Shown one piece after another: positions 62,495 through 64,000 of a stretch of DNA of 64,000 bases. The stretch comes from Pseudomonadota bacterium (lineage in GTDB: Bacteria > Desulfobacterota > Desulfobacteria > Desulfobacterales > RPRI01). The stretch covers positions 224,353-288,352 of the forward strand of contig JBDRRF010000079.1 of assembly GCA_043825875.1 (NCBI GenBank). Reading direction: 5' to 3'. How positions within the stretch are numbered: the stretch's first letter is position 1; every line of letters begins with the position of its first letter. The translations under genes and the position numbers were made by a program. Under the pieces are notes generated by a model, which saw nothing but the letters and a program-made list of their open reading frames with translations, was not told the origin of the DNA and made no database searches.

Positions 62495-62526
62495 AAAAAA
62501 AACCACAGGAATTAAACCTGTGGTTT
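62495..62526 (-). terminator. Terminator-like hairpin in the ABC-F 5' leader
   Basis: Minus strand AAACCACAGG-TTTAATT-CCTGTGG followed by T8, about 28 nt upstream of the ATG. Confidence 0.6.
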
Positions 62527-62731
62527 AAAAGAGGTTTGATCTATATCATTGTTCGAAGTGAATGGAAACCTTTTTTTCAGGTAAGAAGAATTGGAGCTAA
62601 ATTCGGTTGTTGACTTAAAATACCTTCATAATAATAAAATTGTAGCTATTTATTGTTAGAAAATGTAGAATTTAATAAATTGATTTGAAAGCAATATAAC
62701 AAAATTTGATAAACCATTGTAGGATTATTAT

Positions 62732-64000
62732 ATGTCATTTGATCAACTTGGCCTTCGGGTCGAACTGCTTAAAGCTATTAAAGACAAGGGTTACATAGCC
62801 CCAACCCTGATTCAGACCAAGGCCATCCCCGTTATTATTGATGGCCGGGATATTCTTGCCCGGGCTCAGACCGGAACTGGAAAAACAGATGCATTTGCAC
62901 TACCATTGGTCGAAATTCTGAGTCAAAAGAGCGTCAATGGGCGACATCCCCGCGCACTTGTTTTGACACCCACTCGCGAACTGGCGCTTCAGGTGGGAGA
63001 GAGCATCAAGGCCTATGCAAGAAGAGTTTCCTTGCGTAGCACCGTGGTTTACGGCGGGGTTAACATCAGTCCACAGATAGGGCGGCTGAGGCGCGGCATC
63101 GATATTCTTGTAGCCACACCGGGCCGCCTGTTGGATCTTGCCGGTCAGAGGCATTTGAATCTTTCCCGGATAGAGTTTCTGGTTTTTGACGAGGCGGACA
63201 GAATGCTGGATTTGGGATTCAGTGAGGAGATTTCTGCGATCCTTGATCTTGTTCCGGCTAAACGCAGAACCATGCTGTTTTCCGCCACCTACACACAGGA
63301 GATCCGGAATCTTGCCGGAAGAATGCTGCTTGAGCCGGAATATATCGAGGTGACGCCCAGCAATACAGCGGCAGAATCGGTTGCCCAAAAGGTTCACCTG
63401 GTGGACCGATCAAATAAACGGGATCTTCTCATCCACCTGATCACTAAGGGCAGCTTGAGCCGGATACTGGTTTTTACACGCACAATACACGGGGCAAATA
63501 AACTCACGGAAAAACTTGCTGCACAAGGAATCAGCGTAGCTGCCCTGCACGGCAACAAGAGCCAGTCTTTCCGTACACGTACCCTCGAAGAGTTCAAAAA
63601 CGGTGAGATTCGCATCCTCGTGGCAACTGATGTGGCAGCAAGGGGCCTGGACATCAGTAATTTGCCCTATGTGGTCAATTACGATTTGCCCGGCATCCCC
63701 GAGGATTATATTCATCGCATCGGTCGAACCGGACGCGCGGGTGTAAGCGGAATTGCCGTATCTCTGGTCAGTCACGATGAAAAGCCTCATCTTCAGGCCA
63801 TTGAAAAATTGCTGAAGAAGAAAATCCAGGTGGAAAAAGTAAACGGCTATACAGAGGATAGCGATGTTCCGGATTATGTTCTCTATCGTCCCAACAACCC
63901 GTCCAGCGAAAAAAAGGCAGACAAGGAAATAAAAGAAATAGTCGCAAGAAGAGAAGCTTCAAAACAGAAAGCGAAAAACCGTAAAGCGAAAACTACAGGT
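62732..64000 (+). CDS. DEAD-box RNA helicase (RhlE-like), running off the window edge
   Basis: Not in the ORF track. ATG at 62732 gives MSFDQLGL; AQTGTGKT, PTRELA, DEAD, SAT, ARGLD, HRIGRTGRAG. Confidence 0.95.
   Translation, partial: MSFDQLGLRVELLKAIKDKGYIAPTLIQTKAIPVIIDGRDILARAQTGTGKTDAFALPLVEILSQKSVNGRHPRALVLTPTRELALQVGESIKAYARRVSLRSTVVYGGVNISPQIGRLRRGIDILVATPGRLLDLAGQRHLNLSRIEFLVFDEADRMLDLGFSEEISAILDLVPAKRRTMLFSATYTQEIRNLAGRMLLEPEYIEVTPSNTAAESVAQKVHLVDRSNKRDLLIHLITKGSLSRILVFTRTIHGANKLTEKLAAQGISVAALHGNKSQSFRTRTLEEFKNGEIRILVATDVAARGLDISNLPYVVNYDLPGIPEDYIHRIGRTGRAGVSGIAVSLVSHDEKPHLQAIEKLLKKKIQVEKVNGYTEDSDVPDYVLYRPNNPSSEKKADKEIKEIVARREASKQKAKNRKAKTTG

Noticed and set aside
62900..63962. Minus-strand ORFs listed in the track
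   Set aside because: Antisense shadows of the plus-strand DEAD-box helicase.

Overview
AT-rich bacterial chromosomal segment. Gene content (class III RNR, propionyl-CoA ligase, multiheme cytochrome, corrinoid proteins) suggests an anaerobic Desulfobacterota-like organism; this is inference. Housekeeping genes (yciH, xerD, Xaa-Pro peptidase, hrpA, miaA, thiC with a TPP riboswitch, prpE, nrdDG with tandem NrdR boxes, argJ, a pseudouridine synthase, ABC-F, a DEAD-box helicase) are interspersed with accessory material. Main points: (1) an integrase-less two-cassette integron-type array with one textbook attC, bounded by inward-facing attI-like simple sites (1.2-2.5 kb); (2) a translationally coupled operon of a corrinoid protein, an MT2-like protein with altered metal ligands and a DUF1638-GGDEF protein, which looks like a B12/methyl-sensing c-di-GMP system, downstream of a HK/REC-adenylate cyclase pair; (3) a 1710-aa SLC12-type cation-chloride cotransporter fused to a P-loop ATPase and coupled to MscS-like genes; (4) an operon of a methyltransferase, a class I isoprenoid-synthase-like enzyme, a LolCDE-like ABC system and a mini diheme cytochrome lipoprotein; (5) three copies of an element with arms built from 8-nt repeats around decayed four-helix-bundle gene remnants; (6) two MITE copies with different 4-bp target duplications; (7) an orphan RiPP-type B12 radical SAM gene between GGGGTCAG-like motifs. 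No rRNA, tRNA or CRISPR array was seen. All family calls come from motif recognition by eye, not database searches.
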